The notes beneath the pieces are model-generated. The model ran no database searches and was not told the origin of the DNA. It saw only the letters and a list, made by a program, of their open reading frames with translations. Made by a program: the position numbers and the translations under genes. From Dehalococcoidales bacterium (GTDB taxonomy: Bacteria > Chloroflexota > Dehalococcoidia > Dehalococcoidales > JAUYDJ01): a stretch of DNA of 34,447 nucleotides. The stretch covers positions 1 through 34,447 of the forward strand of contig DATKYY010000042.1 in the NCBI GenBank assembly GCA_035528295.1, written 5' to 3'. This document shows positions 24,338 to 32,986 of this stretch, piece by piece. The first letter of the stretch is position 1, and the number at the start of each line of letters is the position of its first letter.

Positions 24338-25624
24338 CTATTCCCAGCTTCTTTCATCCACGATTGCCTGGTGCTCTTCGGGAATGGTTCCCTTTGCCAC
24401 CAGCTCAATCTTATCCAGCTTCATGCGGCAGACTTCCTGGAACCTTCGGCCCAGGTCATCAGCCAGCTTCTTTTTATCAACGGCTTCGCCTTTCAGCTCA
24501 GCCTTGAGGGTCATCACGTCCCGATAGGCACTGCGCCCGACTATTATCTGAAACCGGGAGACGGACTCAAAGCCGGCAATAGCCTGTTCCGCCTGTCTGG
24601 CAACGACGAACATCCCCCTTACTTTGACCGCATCACTGGTCCGGCCCACGATGCCGGTCAGGCGGTTAGCGGTGCGTCCGCAGGGGCAGGCTTCGGTGAT
24701 ATAGGCGGACAGGTCACCGGTGCCAAAACGGATAAGCCCCCAGGTTCGGTTATGGATGGGGGTCACCACGATTTCACCGGTCTCGTTGGGCCCCAGCTGT
24801 TTCCCGGTCTCGTGGTCAACTATTTCGACGACATATTCGTCCATCAGGTGCATGCCCGATTTCTGGCGGCACTCGTAGGCGATGGCGCCACCCGGCTCGG
24901 TAACCGCATAGGCCTGGGCGGTGGCGATGTGATAGTCCTCCTCAAAGGTTACCCTCATTGATGGCGGCAGCATCTCACCGGTGAACCAGGCAAGCCGCAG
25001 GGCAAAATCTTGATTGAAGTTATAGCCCATCTCCTCGGCGCGTTTAATGATGGTCATCAGAAACGAGGGTGTGCCCACAAAGCCGCTAACCCTGAGGTCA
25101 TGCATGGTCTGTATCTGGGTCTCGGTGTTGCCGATGCCCATCGGTATGGCGGTCGCCCCGCAATGCTTCAGCGCTTCGTGAAACAGGATGCCACCGGGGG
25201 ACATATGATAGGTGAAGGTATTGATGACAATGTCGCCCTTTCTGAAGCCAGCCGCCCAGAAGGACTTGGCAAACCACTTGATGCCGGAGTGCTGGATGGG
25301 CTCATAGACCGGCCCCGGTGAGATAAAGACGCGTTCCACATCCGGCACGGGAACGGCCAGAAACCCGCCGTAGGGGGGATTTTTCTTCTGCCACTCAATC
25401 AGGTCGGTCTTTCTGATGATGGGCAGCTTTTCCAGGTCTTTTACGGTGCCAATCTGGGCGGGGCTGACCCCGGCCTCATCAAACATCTTCTTTACCGTGG
25501 GGGCATGGCGGCAGGCGTTAGCTACCGTCCGGGACAGATGCTGGTTCTGGTATTTCTGCCTGGCTTCAGCCGGCATTGTCTCCAGTTCATCAAAGTATTC
25601 ATCTGGCTTAGCTTTTACAACCAT
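24338..25624 (-). CDS. PaaK-family (phenylacetate-CoA ligase / F390 synthetase-like) protein with a degenerate P-loop
   Basis: It appears to align with PaaK over most of the length I can align from memory (GATAIPMGIGNTETQI, FVGTPSF, CPCGRT, VKVRGMFV). The canonical SSGTTGKP loop is replaced by SPGPVYEP. SD AAGAGG lies 8 nt upstream. It overlaps the livF stop by 10 nt. Confidence 0.85.
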   Translation of the reverse strand: MVVKAKPDEYFDELETMPAEARQKYQNQHLSRTVANACRHAPTVKKMFDEAGVSPAQIGTVKDLEKLPIIRKTDLIEWQKKNPPYGGFLAVPVPDVERVFISPGPVYEPIQHSGIKWFAKSFWAAGFRKGDIVINTFTYHMSPGGILFHEALKHCGATAIPMGIGNTETQIQTMHDLRVSGFVGTPSFLMTIIKRAEEMGYNFNQDFALRLAWFTGEMLPPSMRVTFEEDYHIATAQAYAVTEPGGAIAYECRQKSGMHLMDEYVVEIVDHETGKQLGPNETGEIVVTPIHNRTWGLIRFGTGDLSAYITEACPCGRTANRLTGIVGRTSDAVKVRGMFVVARQAEQAIAGFESVSRFQIIVGRSAYRDVMTLKAELKGEAVDKKKLADDLGRRFQEVCRMKLDKIELVAKGTIPEEHQAIVDERSWE

Positions 25625-26406
25625 CGCTTGCGCCTCTTATAGTGCTTTACTTCCCGGTAGCTCTTCTTGGTGCCCATAGCGGACAGCCCCATATAAAACT
25701 CCTTGACATCCTCGTTGTTACTCAGGAAATCGGCGGTACCGTCAAGGACAACGCGGCCATTTTCCATCACATAGCCGTAGTCGGCGATACTGAGCGCGAT
25801 GCGGACATTCTGCTCCACCAGCAGCACCGAGGTCTTATGTTCGGTGTTAAACCGCCGGATGATATCGTATATTTCCTCCACCAGCAGCGGTGCCAGACCG
25901 AGTGATGGCTCATCCAGCATCATGAGCCTGGGGGTAGCCATCATGGCTCGACCGATGACCAGCATCTGCTGCTCGCCTCCCGAGAGATAGCCGGCGGTGT
26001 TGCGCCGCAGTTCTTTGAGCCGGGGGAAGTAATCATAAACCATCTCCATGTCCGGCTTCACCCCGCTGCGGTCGCTGCGGTTAAAAGCCCCCACCAGCAG
26101 GTTTTCTTCGGTAGTCAGGTGCTCAAAGACGCGGCGTCCCTCTAAAGCCTGAATAATGCCCAGCTTGCCGATTTCTTCAGCGCTTTTTTTATCTATTCGG
26201 GCGCCGTTCCACTCAATACTGCCATCGGTTACCTCGCCTTCCTCAACGTGAAGCAGGCCGGATATTGCCTTGAGGGTGGTGCTTTTGCCGGCACCATTGG
26301 CGCCGAGCAGGGTCACAATCGCCCCATCCTCTACCTCCAGCGAGACACCGTGCAGCACCCGGATAACATTGAGGTATGTCACCTCAATATTATTTAATTT
26401 GAGCAT
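25615..26406 (-). CDS. livF: LIV-type ABC transporter ATP-binding protein (LivF-like)
   Basis: Walker A GANGAGKST, signature LSGGEQQML, Walker B MMLDEPS, and a basic C-terminal tail KKSYREVKHYKRRKRWL. Confidence 0.92.
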   Translation of the reverse strand: MLKLNNIEVTYLNVIRVLHGVSLEVEDGAIVTLLGANGAGKSTTLKAISGLLHVEEGEVTDGSIEWNGARIDKKSAEEIGKLGIIQALEGRRVFEHLTTEENLLVGAFNRSDRSGVKPDMEMVYDYFPRLKELRRNTAGYLSGGEQQMLVIGRAMMATPRLMMLDEPSLGLAPLLVEEIYDIIRRFNTEHKTSVLLVEQNVRIALSIADYGYVMENGRVVLDGTADFLSNNEDVKEFYMGLSAMGTKKSYREVKHYKRRKRWL

Positions 26407-26423
26407 GTCTACCTCTTATCTAG

Positions 26424-26453
26424 GTGGGGGCTCTGCAGTCACAGAGCCCCCAC
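26424..26453 (-). promoter_or_regulatory. Intercistronic 12-bp GC-rich stem-loop after the SBP gene
   Basis: GTGGGGGCTCTG-CAGTCA-CAGAGCCCCCAC lies between the SBP stop (26467) and the livF ATG (26406). There is no U-tract, so it is more likely an mRNA stability or processing element than a terminator. Confidence 0.5.
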
Positions 26454-26466
26454 TTAATGATTATGA

Positions 26467-27729
26467 CTAGTTGCCGAACCAGTCAAAGTCCTCGTATTTG
26501 ACCATGGGTGCTTCCACCCAGTCACTGATGGGCGTGATTACTCCGTTCTGTATCTGGAAAACTCTGACTGACTTGGACAGCCGGTTGTCCCCGGGGGTGT
26601 AGCTGACCGGGCCGTGAAGACCGCCGATGTCATAGTCTTTGAGCTTCTGAATACCCTGGGTCTCCAGGGCTCGCCAGGCATCTACATCTCCCTTGGCCAG
26701 TGTGTCATAGCCGACATTCCCCACGGCTACCCGCAGAATCTCAGCCATAATCAGGCTCTGCGCCCAGGATGTGATGTAGTCCATATTGCCCTCATCTGCG
26801 GGGTGAAGATTGCGGCAGTACTCGGTCATCTTAGCCATGCCGGGTACGTCATCGCCCCAGTTCACGGTGGGAAACACCCCGTAGACACCCTCGACAATAT
26901 CGGCGCCGGCGATGTCAACCAGTGCCTTGGTAATACCGGCATGCCCCAGGCCAACGGTTACCCCCGGATACAGGCCCAGGTCATAGGCATTCTTGATGAT
27001 AACCGCCGTCGGTGCCGGCGTGCTGGAGATATAGAGCACATCGGGGTTTGATGCCTTAATTCGGGTCAGAGACTCCATCTCCGAGATAGTGGTCGCGGCG
27101 TGCTCATCAACCGAGATAATCTCAATACCCAGTTCGTCAGCCTTGGCCTTGAAGGCATCGCGGGCACCGTAGCCGGTGGAGTTATTCAAGAGGTGCAGGG
27201 CAAACGTTGGTTTTCGCGACTCTTGCCAGATATTTTCCATAAAATAGCTGGCAAAGGCCAGGGCATCGTCACCGTAGTCCGGCATCTGACCGTAGATGTG
27301 CTTGGGGGGGCGGTACAGGCTGGGCGCGGTGAAAGAAGCCAGACCGGGAAACTCAGCCCGGTTGGCAATTTCCATGCTCGCCGACATCATTGCCGAAGAA
27401 GAAGTAGCGAACATGAGGCAGCCTTCGTCCATAAATCTATTGACATTGGTGACCACTTTAGCCGCATCATAGCCGTTGTCCAGCCATACCACCTCAACCG
27501 GGTAGCCGGCGGCGCCATCGAGCTCGGCATTGATGTATTCAATGGCATCAAGATTAGCATGCCCCATCGGGGCTCCCTTTTCGGCTGCCTTGCCTGTTGA
27601 TGGTGTGGATATGCCTATCTTCAGTGTCTTGGCTTCACTGGGAGCACAGGCGCTGCCTAAAGGCAGCATGGCTACCATCAAGGCGAGGCAGATGAGTCCA
27701 GCAAATATCACAAATTTTCGGTTTTTCAT
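26467..27729 (-). CDS. LIV-type (Peripla_BP_6) substrate-binding protein, ligand unknown
   Basis: SD AAGGAGGA upstream. N-terminal signal peptide with Cys (LGSAC). It has the size and composition of a cluster-B type I periplasmic binding protein. Confidence 0.88.
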   Translation of the reverse strand: MKNRKFVIFAGLICLALMVAMLPLGSACAPSEAKTLKIGISTPSTGKAAEKGAPMGHANLDAIEYINAELDGAAGYPVEVVWLDNGYDAAKVVTNVNRFMDEGCLMFATSSSAMMSASMEIANRAEFPGLASFTAPSLYRPPKHIYGQMPDYGDDALAFASYFMENIWQESRKPTFALHLLNNSTGYGARDAFKAKADELGIEIISVDEHAATTISEMESLTRIKASNPDVLYISSTPAPTAVIIKNAYDLGLYPGVTVGLGHAGITKALVDIAGADIVEGVYGVFPTVNWGDDVPGMAKMTEYCRNLHPADEGNMDYITSWAQSLIMAEILRVAVGNVGYDTLAKGDVDAWRALETQGIQKLKDYDIGGLHGPVSYTPGDNRLSKSVRVFQIQNGVITPISDWVEAPMVKYEDFDWFGN

Positions 27730-27820
27730 CTTAATTCCTCCTTGAAGATTTAAGTCAGCCTCCTTTCTGATTTAATTCATCACATTGTAATATATACCTC
27801 CTTTTTTGGCTAGTGTTTGG

Positions 27821-28876
27821 CTAGTATGAGAATGGCCACAGGCGATAGGCGGACTTGAACAGGTTCCAGCGGTGGGCAAGTCCCCGTGGCTCAAGTATCA
27901 GAAACAGCACGATTATCAGGCCGAACAGCATCGGGGCGACACCGCTGGCAAACCCGGAGGGTAGGGCGGTGAAGGTTGACTCCAGCGAGGGGACCACCAT
28001 CACGGTTAGCACCTGCTGGAGCAGGCGGATAAAGACCACCCCGAAGATAGGCCCCATGGTGGTGCCCAGGCCACCGATGATTATCATGCCGATATACAGT
28101 ATTGATTCGGTCAGGGAAAAGTGCTCGGCGTTCATGAAGCCAATCCAGTGAGCCATCAGTGAGCCGGCTATCCCGGCCAGAAAACAGCCGATAAAGAAGG
28201 CCAGCAGTTTGTAGTAGAAAATATTGATACCCATTACCTGGGCCGCCAGGTCATTATCCCGTATGGCAATGAAGGCTCTACCGACTCTGGTCCGCGCCAG
28301 GTTCTTGGCAAAGAAAATAACCAGAATTACGATGCTGATGATGAGGTAGAACTGGCTTGCCTCGCCGTGAAAGGTAAACCCCCCGATAGAAGCCTCGGGC
28401 ACCGGTATGCCGACGAAGCCGCCGGTTACGGAAGACCAGTGGTTGATGACCCAGATAATGATGAACTGGGCGGCAATGGTGGTGATGGCCAGATAGAAGC
28501 CCTTGACCCGGATTGAGGGAATGCCGAAGATAAGCCCGACCAGTCCCGCCATCAAGCCGGCACAGATAAGCCCGACCAGAAAGGGGAGCTCCAGCCGGTG
28601 GGTCAGCACGGCTGAGGTGTAGGCGCCCACGGCGATAAAGCCGGCGTGACCGACTGACAGCTGCCCGCAGTAGCCGGTCAGAATATTCAGTCCGGTGGCG
28701 GCAATAAGGGTGATGCCAATCAGGTTAGCCACGCTCAGCAGGTAGTTGCCGAGATAGAGCGGGGCGGTGAGCAGGAAAACCAGAAAGACAGCCATTAATG
28801 CCCACTGGGTTTTGGTGCGCAGAATGGCCATGTCCTGGGCATAGGTGTAATTGCGCGTTCCACTCGGTAGCGTCAT
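27821..28876 (-). CDS. livM: LIV-type ABC permease (LivM-like)
   Basis: Polytopic permease with family-typical blocks GQLSVGHAGFIAVGAY and AIRDN. Confidence 0.9.
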   Translation of the reverse strand: MTLPSGTRNYTYAQDMAILRTKTQWALMAVFLVFLLTAPLYLGNYLLSVANLIGITLIAATGLNILTGYCGQLSVGHAGFIAVGAYTSAVLTHRLELPFLVGLICAGLMAGLVGLIFGIPSIRVKGFYLAITTIAAQFIIIWVINHWSSVTGGFVGIPVPEASIGGFTFHGEASQFYLIISIVILVIFFAKNLARTRVGRAFIAIRDNDLAAQVMGINIFYYKLLAFFIGCFLAGIAGSLMAHWIGFMNAEHFSLTESILYIGMIIIGGLGTTMGPIFGVVFIRLLQQVLTVMVVPSLESTFTALPSGFASGVAPMLFGLIIVLFLILEPRGLAHRWNLFKSAYRLWPFSY

Positions 28877-28880
28877 CAGG

Positions 28881-29768
28881 CTATATCCTCTCTATACGAA
28901 CCTCACCAAAAAGCCCGTAGGGCTTGATAATCATAACAATGATAATAATGATAAAGGGTATGATATCTTTCACCCCGCCCCAGCCAATAATCGGGGTAAG
29001 ATAGCCCCCACCCAGGTTCTCGCAGAGCCCGATAATTGGTCCGGCGACAATGGCGCCGATAAAAGAATTAAGCCCGCCCAGTATTACCACCGAGAAGGCC
29101 TTGAGCCCGGTTTCCACCAGCCCGTAGGTAATGCCACCGATACTGGAGACCAGAATACCGCCGATGGCGGCGACGAGGCAGGCAAACATCCATGACCAGG
29201 AGAAAATTCGGGTTACCGGGATACCACAGGCCTGAACGGCAAGCTGGTCATCGGCGGTTGCCCTCATGGCGATACCCATGCGGTGATAGCGGAAGAAAAG
29301 GGTGAGGAGAATGAATACCACCAGGGAGATACCGGCCACCCAGACATACTCCTGGGAGACCACCGCCGGGCCGATATGGAGGGGCTTGGTCGGGAAGAAG
29401 CGGGGCAGGGCGGCCACGCTCTTGGGCCAGATAAGGGTTACCACGCCTTCAATAAAGTAGGCCACGCCCAGTGTTATCGTAATCAGAGACAAGATAGGCT
29501 GGGCAATCAGAGGACGCAGGGCGAGCCGCTCGATTAGCCAGCCCAGCGCTAGCGAGAAAAGGATAACCAGGGGGAAAGCCACCCACAGGGGGAAATTGGC
29601 CTGAACCAGCGTTCCGTAGGTAAACCAGGCAGAGAATAGCACCAGCTGACCGAGCGCCAGATTGGCGACACTGCTCGACTTCCAGACGACGACAAAGCCG
29701 AGGGCGATCAAGGCATAAATCATCCCCACCGCCAGACCGCTAATCAGGTATTGCAGTAACTCAGCCAT
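28881..29768 (-). CDS. livH: LIV-type ABC permease (LivH-like)
   Basis: Polytopic permease (N-terminus MAELLQYLISGLAVGMIYALIALGF). Its ATG overlaps the upstream ligase stop (TAATG). Confidence 0.9.
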   Translation of the reverse strand: MAELLQYLISGLAVGMIYALIALGFVVVWKSSSVANLALGQLVLFSAWFTYGTLVQANFPLWVAFPLVILFSLALGWLIERLALRPLIAQPILSLITITLGVAYFIEGVVTLIWPKSVAALPRFFPTKPLHIGPAVVSQEYVWVAGISLVVFILLTLFFRYHRMGIAMRATADDQLAVQACGIPVTRIFSWSWMFACLVAAIGGILVSSIGGITYGLVETGLKAFSVVILGGLNSFIGAIVAGPIIGLCENLGGGYLTPIIGWGGVKDIIPFIIIIIVMIIKPYGLFGEVRIERI

Positions 29769-31672
29769 TATGTCTCTGCTGAAACCTCCCTGACATTGAT
29801 ATCGGTGCTCACCACCCCTTTCCGTCCGTCGCGGTAGGTTACCGGAGCCTTAACCGTGACGCTCTTCCCGTCCTGGTACATGGTGCTGATTAAATCGCGG
29901 TAGCGTTCCTCCATAAAGTCCCTTCTCAGCTTTCTGGTCCGGGTGAGTTCAGCTTCATCGGGGTCAAACTCCTTGTGTAGCAGCACGAATTTTCTGACTC
30001 TGGCCGCCTCGGGCAGGTAGCTGTTGACCCGGACCATGTCTTTCTGCACCAGGTCGGCAACCTCTTTCTTCTGGGATAAATCAACAAAGGTGGTATAGGG
30101 GATGTGGTTGCGTTCGGCCCACTTGCCGACCATGGTGAAATCTATGTTTAGTATGGCGGAGACGAATTCTTTTTCCTTACCGCCGATAACCATGGCATCC
30201 TTGATATAGGGGCTGAATCTGAGCCGCCCCTCAATATACTGAGGGGCATACTTCACCCCCGAGCTCAGCTTGCCCAGGTGCTCCAGCCGGTCCATGAAGA
30301 TGAGGTGCCCCTTCTCATTAATATGGACGGCGTCCCCGGTATGGCACCAGCCGTCGATTAAGGTCTGTTTCGTTTTTTCAGGGTCTTTGTGATACCCCTT
30401 GAACATACAGTCACTTCTGACCAGAAGCTCTCCCTCATCGGTTATTCTGACCTCGGTGCCCAGCGCCGGCCGCCCGACGCTCTCAAAGCTGATTTCACCC
30501 TTGCCGTGTGAGGAGATAAAGCCGGCTTCGGTGCTGGCATAGTTCTGCCTCAGCTCAATACCGATGGCATGGATTAGCCGGAAGGTGTCCAGGCTCAGCA
30601 CCGAGCTCCCGGTGACGGCAAACCTGACCTTACCCAGACCCAGCTGGTCTTTGAGCGGTCGGAACAGTAAGAGATAGGCCAGGCGGTGCAGGGCTCGCCA
30701 GAACAGGTTGGGGGTCTTCCTCTTGAAATTAATATCAGCAATCTTGTGACCGATGGGCATGAACAGGTGATAGACAAAGCGTTTCAGGGGGTGGGCATCA
30801 ATCATCTTTACCTGAATCTCACTGACCAGCCCTTCCCACTGTCGGGGGCCGTAAATGGCGAAGTTGGGGCCGACCTCGCGGGTATCCTGGGCCAGGGTTT
30901 CCGCCTCTTCGGGAAAGTTGAGCCTGGCTCCGGTCAGCAAATGGGGGATGGTGGCAAAGTAGCTGTCACCCACCCAGGCCGCCGGAAAGTTGGAAATCAG
31001 GTCATCATTCTCATTCAGGGGGTAACGGCTGGTAAACCCCTTGGCGGTGGTTATCAGGGACTGATGGGTCAGTATGGCTCCCTTGGGCAAGCCGGTGGTG
31101 CCCGAGGTGTAGTAGATAAAGGCGGTGTCCTCTCCGGTGCCCTTGGCCACATTCTGTTCAAACAGGCCGGGGTGGGCTGCCTCGTATTTTTTACCCAGTT
31201 CGATTACTTCGATAAAATTGATAAGAATGGGGTCATCATAATTGCGCAGGCCCTTGGGGTCCCAGTAGATGACCTTCTTTAATAAAGGCAGCTCGTCTTT
31301 AATCTGGAGGAATTTATCGGTCTGTTCCTGGTCATTGACGATGGCAAATTTGGCGTCGGAGTGAGTAGCGATGTATTTTACCTCAGATGGAATCGAGTCA
31401 ACGAAGATTCCGGTGACAATACCGCCGGCTGCCTGAATGGCGAACTCCCCCCAGAGCCATTCCGGCTCGTTATCCCCGATGATGCAGACCACATCCCCCG
31501 GTTTCAGACCGAGGCTGATTAAGCCCAGGGAGAAGTGTTTTACCTTCTGGTAGTACTCCTGCCAGCTATACCTCTGCCAGACGCCGAATTTCTTCATGCA
31601 CATGGCCGGGCGGTCGCCCCATTTTTCGTAGTTGTGCTGGATGAGCTTGGGAATGGTATCACACTTTTCCAT
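29768..31672 (-). CDS. AMP-forming acyl-CoA ligase (FadD/long-chain acyl-CoA synthetase-like)
   Basis: I take the start as ATG 31672 (MEKCDTIPKL, SD AGGGG upstream). The track start at 31732 would place the terminator hairpin inside the ORF. AMP-binding motif YTSGTTGLPKG, plus TGD and the C-terminal RTRKLRR block. Confidence 0.88.
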   Translation of the reverse strand: MEKCDTIPKLIQHNYEKWGDRPAMCMKKFGVWQRYSWQEYYQKVKHFSLGLISLGLKPGDVVCIIGDNEPEWLWGEFAIQAAGGIVTGIFVDSIPSEVKYIATHSDAKFAIVNDQEQTDKFLQIKDELPLLKKVIYWDPKGLRNYDDPILINFIEVIELGKKYEAAHPGLFEQNVAKGTGEDTAFIYYTSGTTGLPKGAILTHQSLITTAKGFTSRYPLNENDDLISNFPAAWVGDSYFATIPHLLTGARLNFPEEAETLAQDTREVGPNFAIYGPRQWEGLVSEIQVKMIDAHPLKRFVYHLFMPIGHKIADINFKRKTPNLFWRALHRLAYLLLFRPLKDQLGLGKVRFAVTGSSVLSLDTFRLIHAIGIELRQNYASTEAGFISSHGKGEISFESVGRPALGTEVRITDEGELLVRSDCMFKGYHKDPEKTKQTLIDGWCHTGDAVHINEKGHLIFMDRLEHLGKLSSGVKYAPQYIEGRLRFSPYIKDAMVIGGKEKEFVSAILNIDFTMVGKWAERNHIPYTTFVDLSQKKEVADLVQKDMVRVNSYLPEAARVRKFVLLHKEFDPDEAELTRTRKLRRDFMEERYRDLISTMYQDGKSVTVKAPVTYRDGRKGVVSTDINVREVSAET

Positions 31673-31697
31673 AAGACTAACCCCTGTTTTCCGATAC

Positions 31698-31726
31698 AAA
31701 AATGCCTCCCGCCTGGGAGGCATTTT
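31698..31726 (-). terminator. Canonical intrinsic terminator about 25 nt upstream of the ligase start codon
   Basis: The minus-strand RNA reads AAAAUGCCUCCC-AGGC-GGGAGGCAUUUU followed by UGUAU. It has a perfect stem with a GC-rich core. Confidence 0.6.
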
Positions 31727-31759
31727 ATGCATATATTTACTAACTACACTTGTTTAAGT

Positions 31760-31846
31760 TTATCGCAAAAGCCCTCCCGAGCGCACCGGGGTGCGCTCGG
31801 TAAAGACGAATTTGACTCTCTCCAAACAATGCTTGGCAGTTAACAT
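31760..31846 (-). CDS. Candidate 28-codon leader ORF (speculative)
   Basis: MLTAKHCLERVKFVFTERTPVRSGGLLR. SD-like GAAGG lies 9 nt upstream. It reads through the 31777-31800 hairpin and stops just past the GGGAGGGC element. Confidence 0.25.
   Translation of the reverse strand: MLTAKHCLERVKFVFTERTPVRSGGLLR
31777..31800 (-). promoter_or_regulatory. 10-bp GC-rich hairpin in the ligase leader
   Basis: CCGAGCGCAC-CCCG-GUGCGCUCGG on the minus strand, followed by GAGGGCUUUUG. Confidence 0.45.
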
Positions 31847-31881
31847 CACACTCGACCTTCGGCCCACTTAAAGGATGGGAT

Positions 31882-31911
31882 AGTTTAGCACAATTAAAAA
31901 TCCCCTGTCAA
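31882..31911 (-). promoter_or_regulatory. Candidate promoter of the ligase/ABC operon
   Basis: On the minus strand: TTGACA (31911-31906), 15 nt, extended -10 TGcTAAACT (31890-31882). Confidence 0.45.
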
Positions 31912-31926
31912 TATCGGGGCACCGGG

Positions 31927-32355
31927 CTATCGGCTTGAGCCTACCGGAATGGTGGTGCCGGTGGCTTTGGCGATGAGCTTTCCTTCCTGATTGGTCACCG
32001 TCATCTCGGAGAGGCCAGCGCGCCGGCCGCTTTTCACCACCCGTCCCTCGGCGGTGAGCTCGTCGTCTTTGCCGGCACCGGCAATGAAATGGATATTGAA
32101 CTGGGAGGCTATGCTGGGATAGGCCAGGGAATTGGAGGCATAGGCAAAGGCCTGGTCAGCCACCGCCATAACGATGCCGCCGAAGACCAGACCGTTGAAG
32201 TTCTGGTATTCGGGACTTAGCTTCATGGTTATCTTGGCATAGCCGGGCGACAGCTCCATCAGGCGCATTTTGAGGAAAGAGGCAATCGGCTCGGCTTCGG
32301 CTTTGGCGCTGAGTTCAGCCAGATTATCAGCGGCACTGTTTTCCTGTCCTGACAT
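31927..32355 (-). CDS. PaaI-type hotdog-fold thioesterase
   Basis: I take the start as ATG 32355 (MSGQENS, GGGGGA 8 nt upstream, 1 nt after the iorB stop). The family block reads NFNGLVFGGIVMAVADQAFAYASN. Confidence 0.85.
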   Translation of the reverse strand: MSGQENSAADNLAELSAKAEAEPIASFLKMRLMELSPGYAKITMKLSPEYQNFNGLVFGGIVMAVADQAFAYASNSLAYPSIASQFNIHFIAGAGKDDELTAEGRVVKSGRRAGLSEMTVTNQEGKLIAKATGTTIPVGSSR

Positions 32356-32356
32356 T

Positions 32357-32986
32357 TTATTCATCCCCCATTATATCTTGCAAACCTTCCCTGAGATGGA
32401 TGCCCGGCATTTCCTTTCTGCCCTGCTTGAAGGCGCTAAGATTGATTTGCTTGATTTTGGCGGGCAGGCGCTGGGCGATAACTTCCTCCCAGGTACTGAC
32501 GCTAAAGGGCAGCCGCAGCGAGGCGCAGCCCAGCATGAATATATTGAGTGTCCTGATATTGCCCAGTTCCTTGACCCGGTCGGTGCCGCTGACCAGATAG
32601 ACATGATTCTTCTGGCGCTTGGTCAGATTGATTATCTCTTCATCACCGGGGTAAGAATCATAACCGAGGGTAACCGTCAGCGGGGGCAGGGCGAGATTAT
32701 TGACAATGACCGTCCCCCCGCCACCGAGGTAGTAAGCCCACCGCGCCGCCTCTAATTTTTCAAAGGCGAGCAGCATATCGGCTTCACCCGGCCTGATTAG
32801 GGGGGAGAAGACCTGCTCGGCGACACGCACCTGACTGACCACACTGCCGCCCCGCTGTGCCATGCCTCTGGTGTCGGTCTTCTTGACATCATAGCCGCTG
32901 GCCAGGGCTACCTCAGCGATAATGTCGCTGGCCAGGATAATCCCCTGACCTCCCATCCCGGCAATAAGCAAATCTAGCTTTTTCAC
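32357..32986 (-). CDS. iorB: Indolepyruvate:ferredoxin oxidoreductase subunit beta
   Basis: GTG start overlaps the iorA stop (GTGA). N-terminal block LLIAGMGGQGIILASDIIAE...GMAQRGGSVVSQVR. Confidence 0.9.
   Translation of the reverse strand: MKKLDLLIAGMGGQGIILASDIIAEVALASGYDVKKTDTRGMAQRGGSVVSQVRVAEQVFSPLIRPGEADMLLAFEKLEAARWAYYLGGGGTVIVNNLALPPLTVTLGYDSYPGDEEIINLTKRQKNHVYLVSGTDRVKELGNIRTLNIFMLGCASLRLPFSVSTWEEVIAQRLPAKIKQINLSAFKQGRKEMPGIHLREGLQDIMGDE

Noticed and set aside
24245-24961. 238-aa plus-strand ORF. Comparable ORFs occur at 30686-31282 and 33043-33567.
   Set aside because: They are antisense to the PaaK-like, acyl-CoA ligase and iorA genes respectively. Their composition is typical of antisense frames.
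31673-31732. Track start of the acyl-CoA ligase at 31732 (MHKMPPRREAFLYRK…)
   Set aside because: That N-terminal extension would be encoded by the terminator hairpin itself. ATG 31672 has an SD, and homologous ligases begin near MEKC…/…IPKL.
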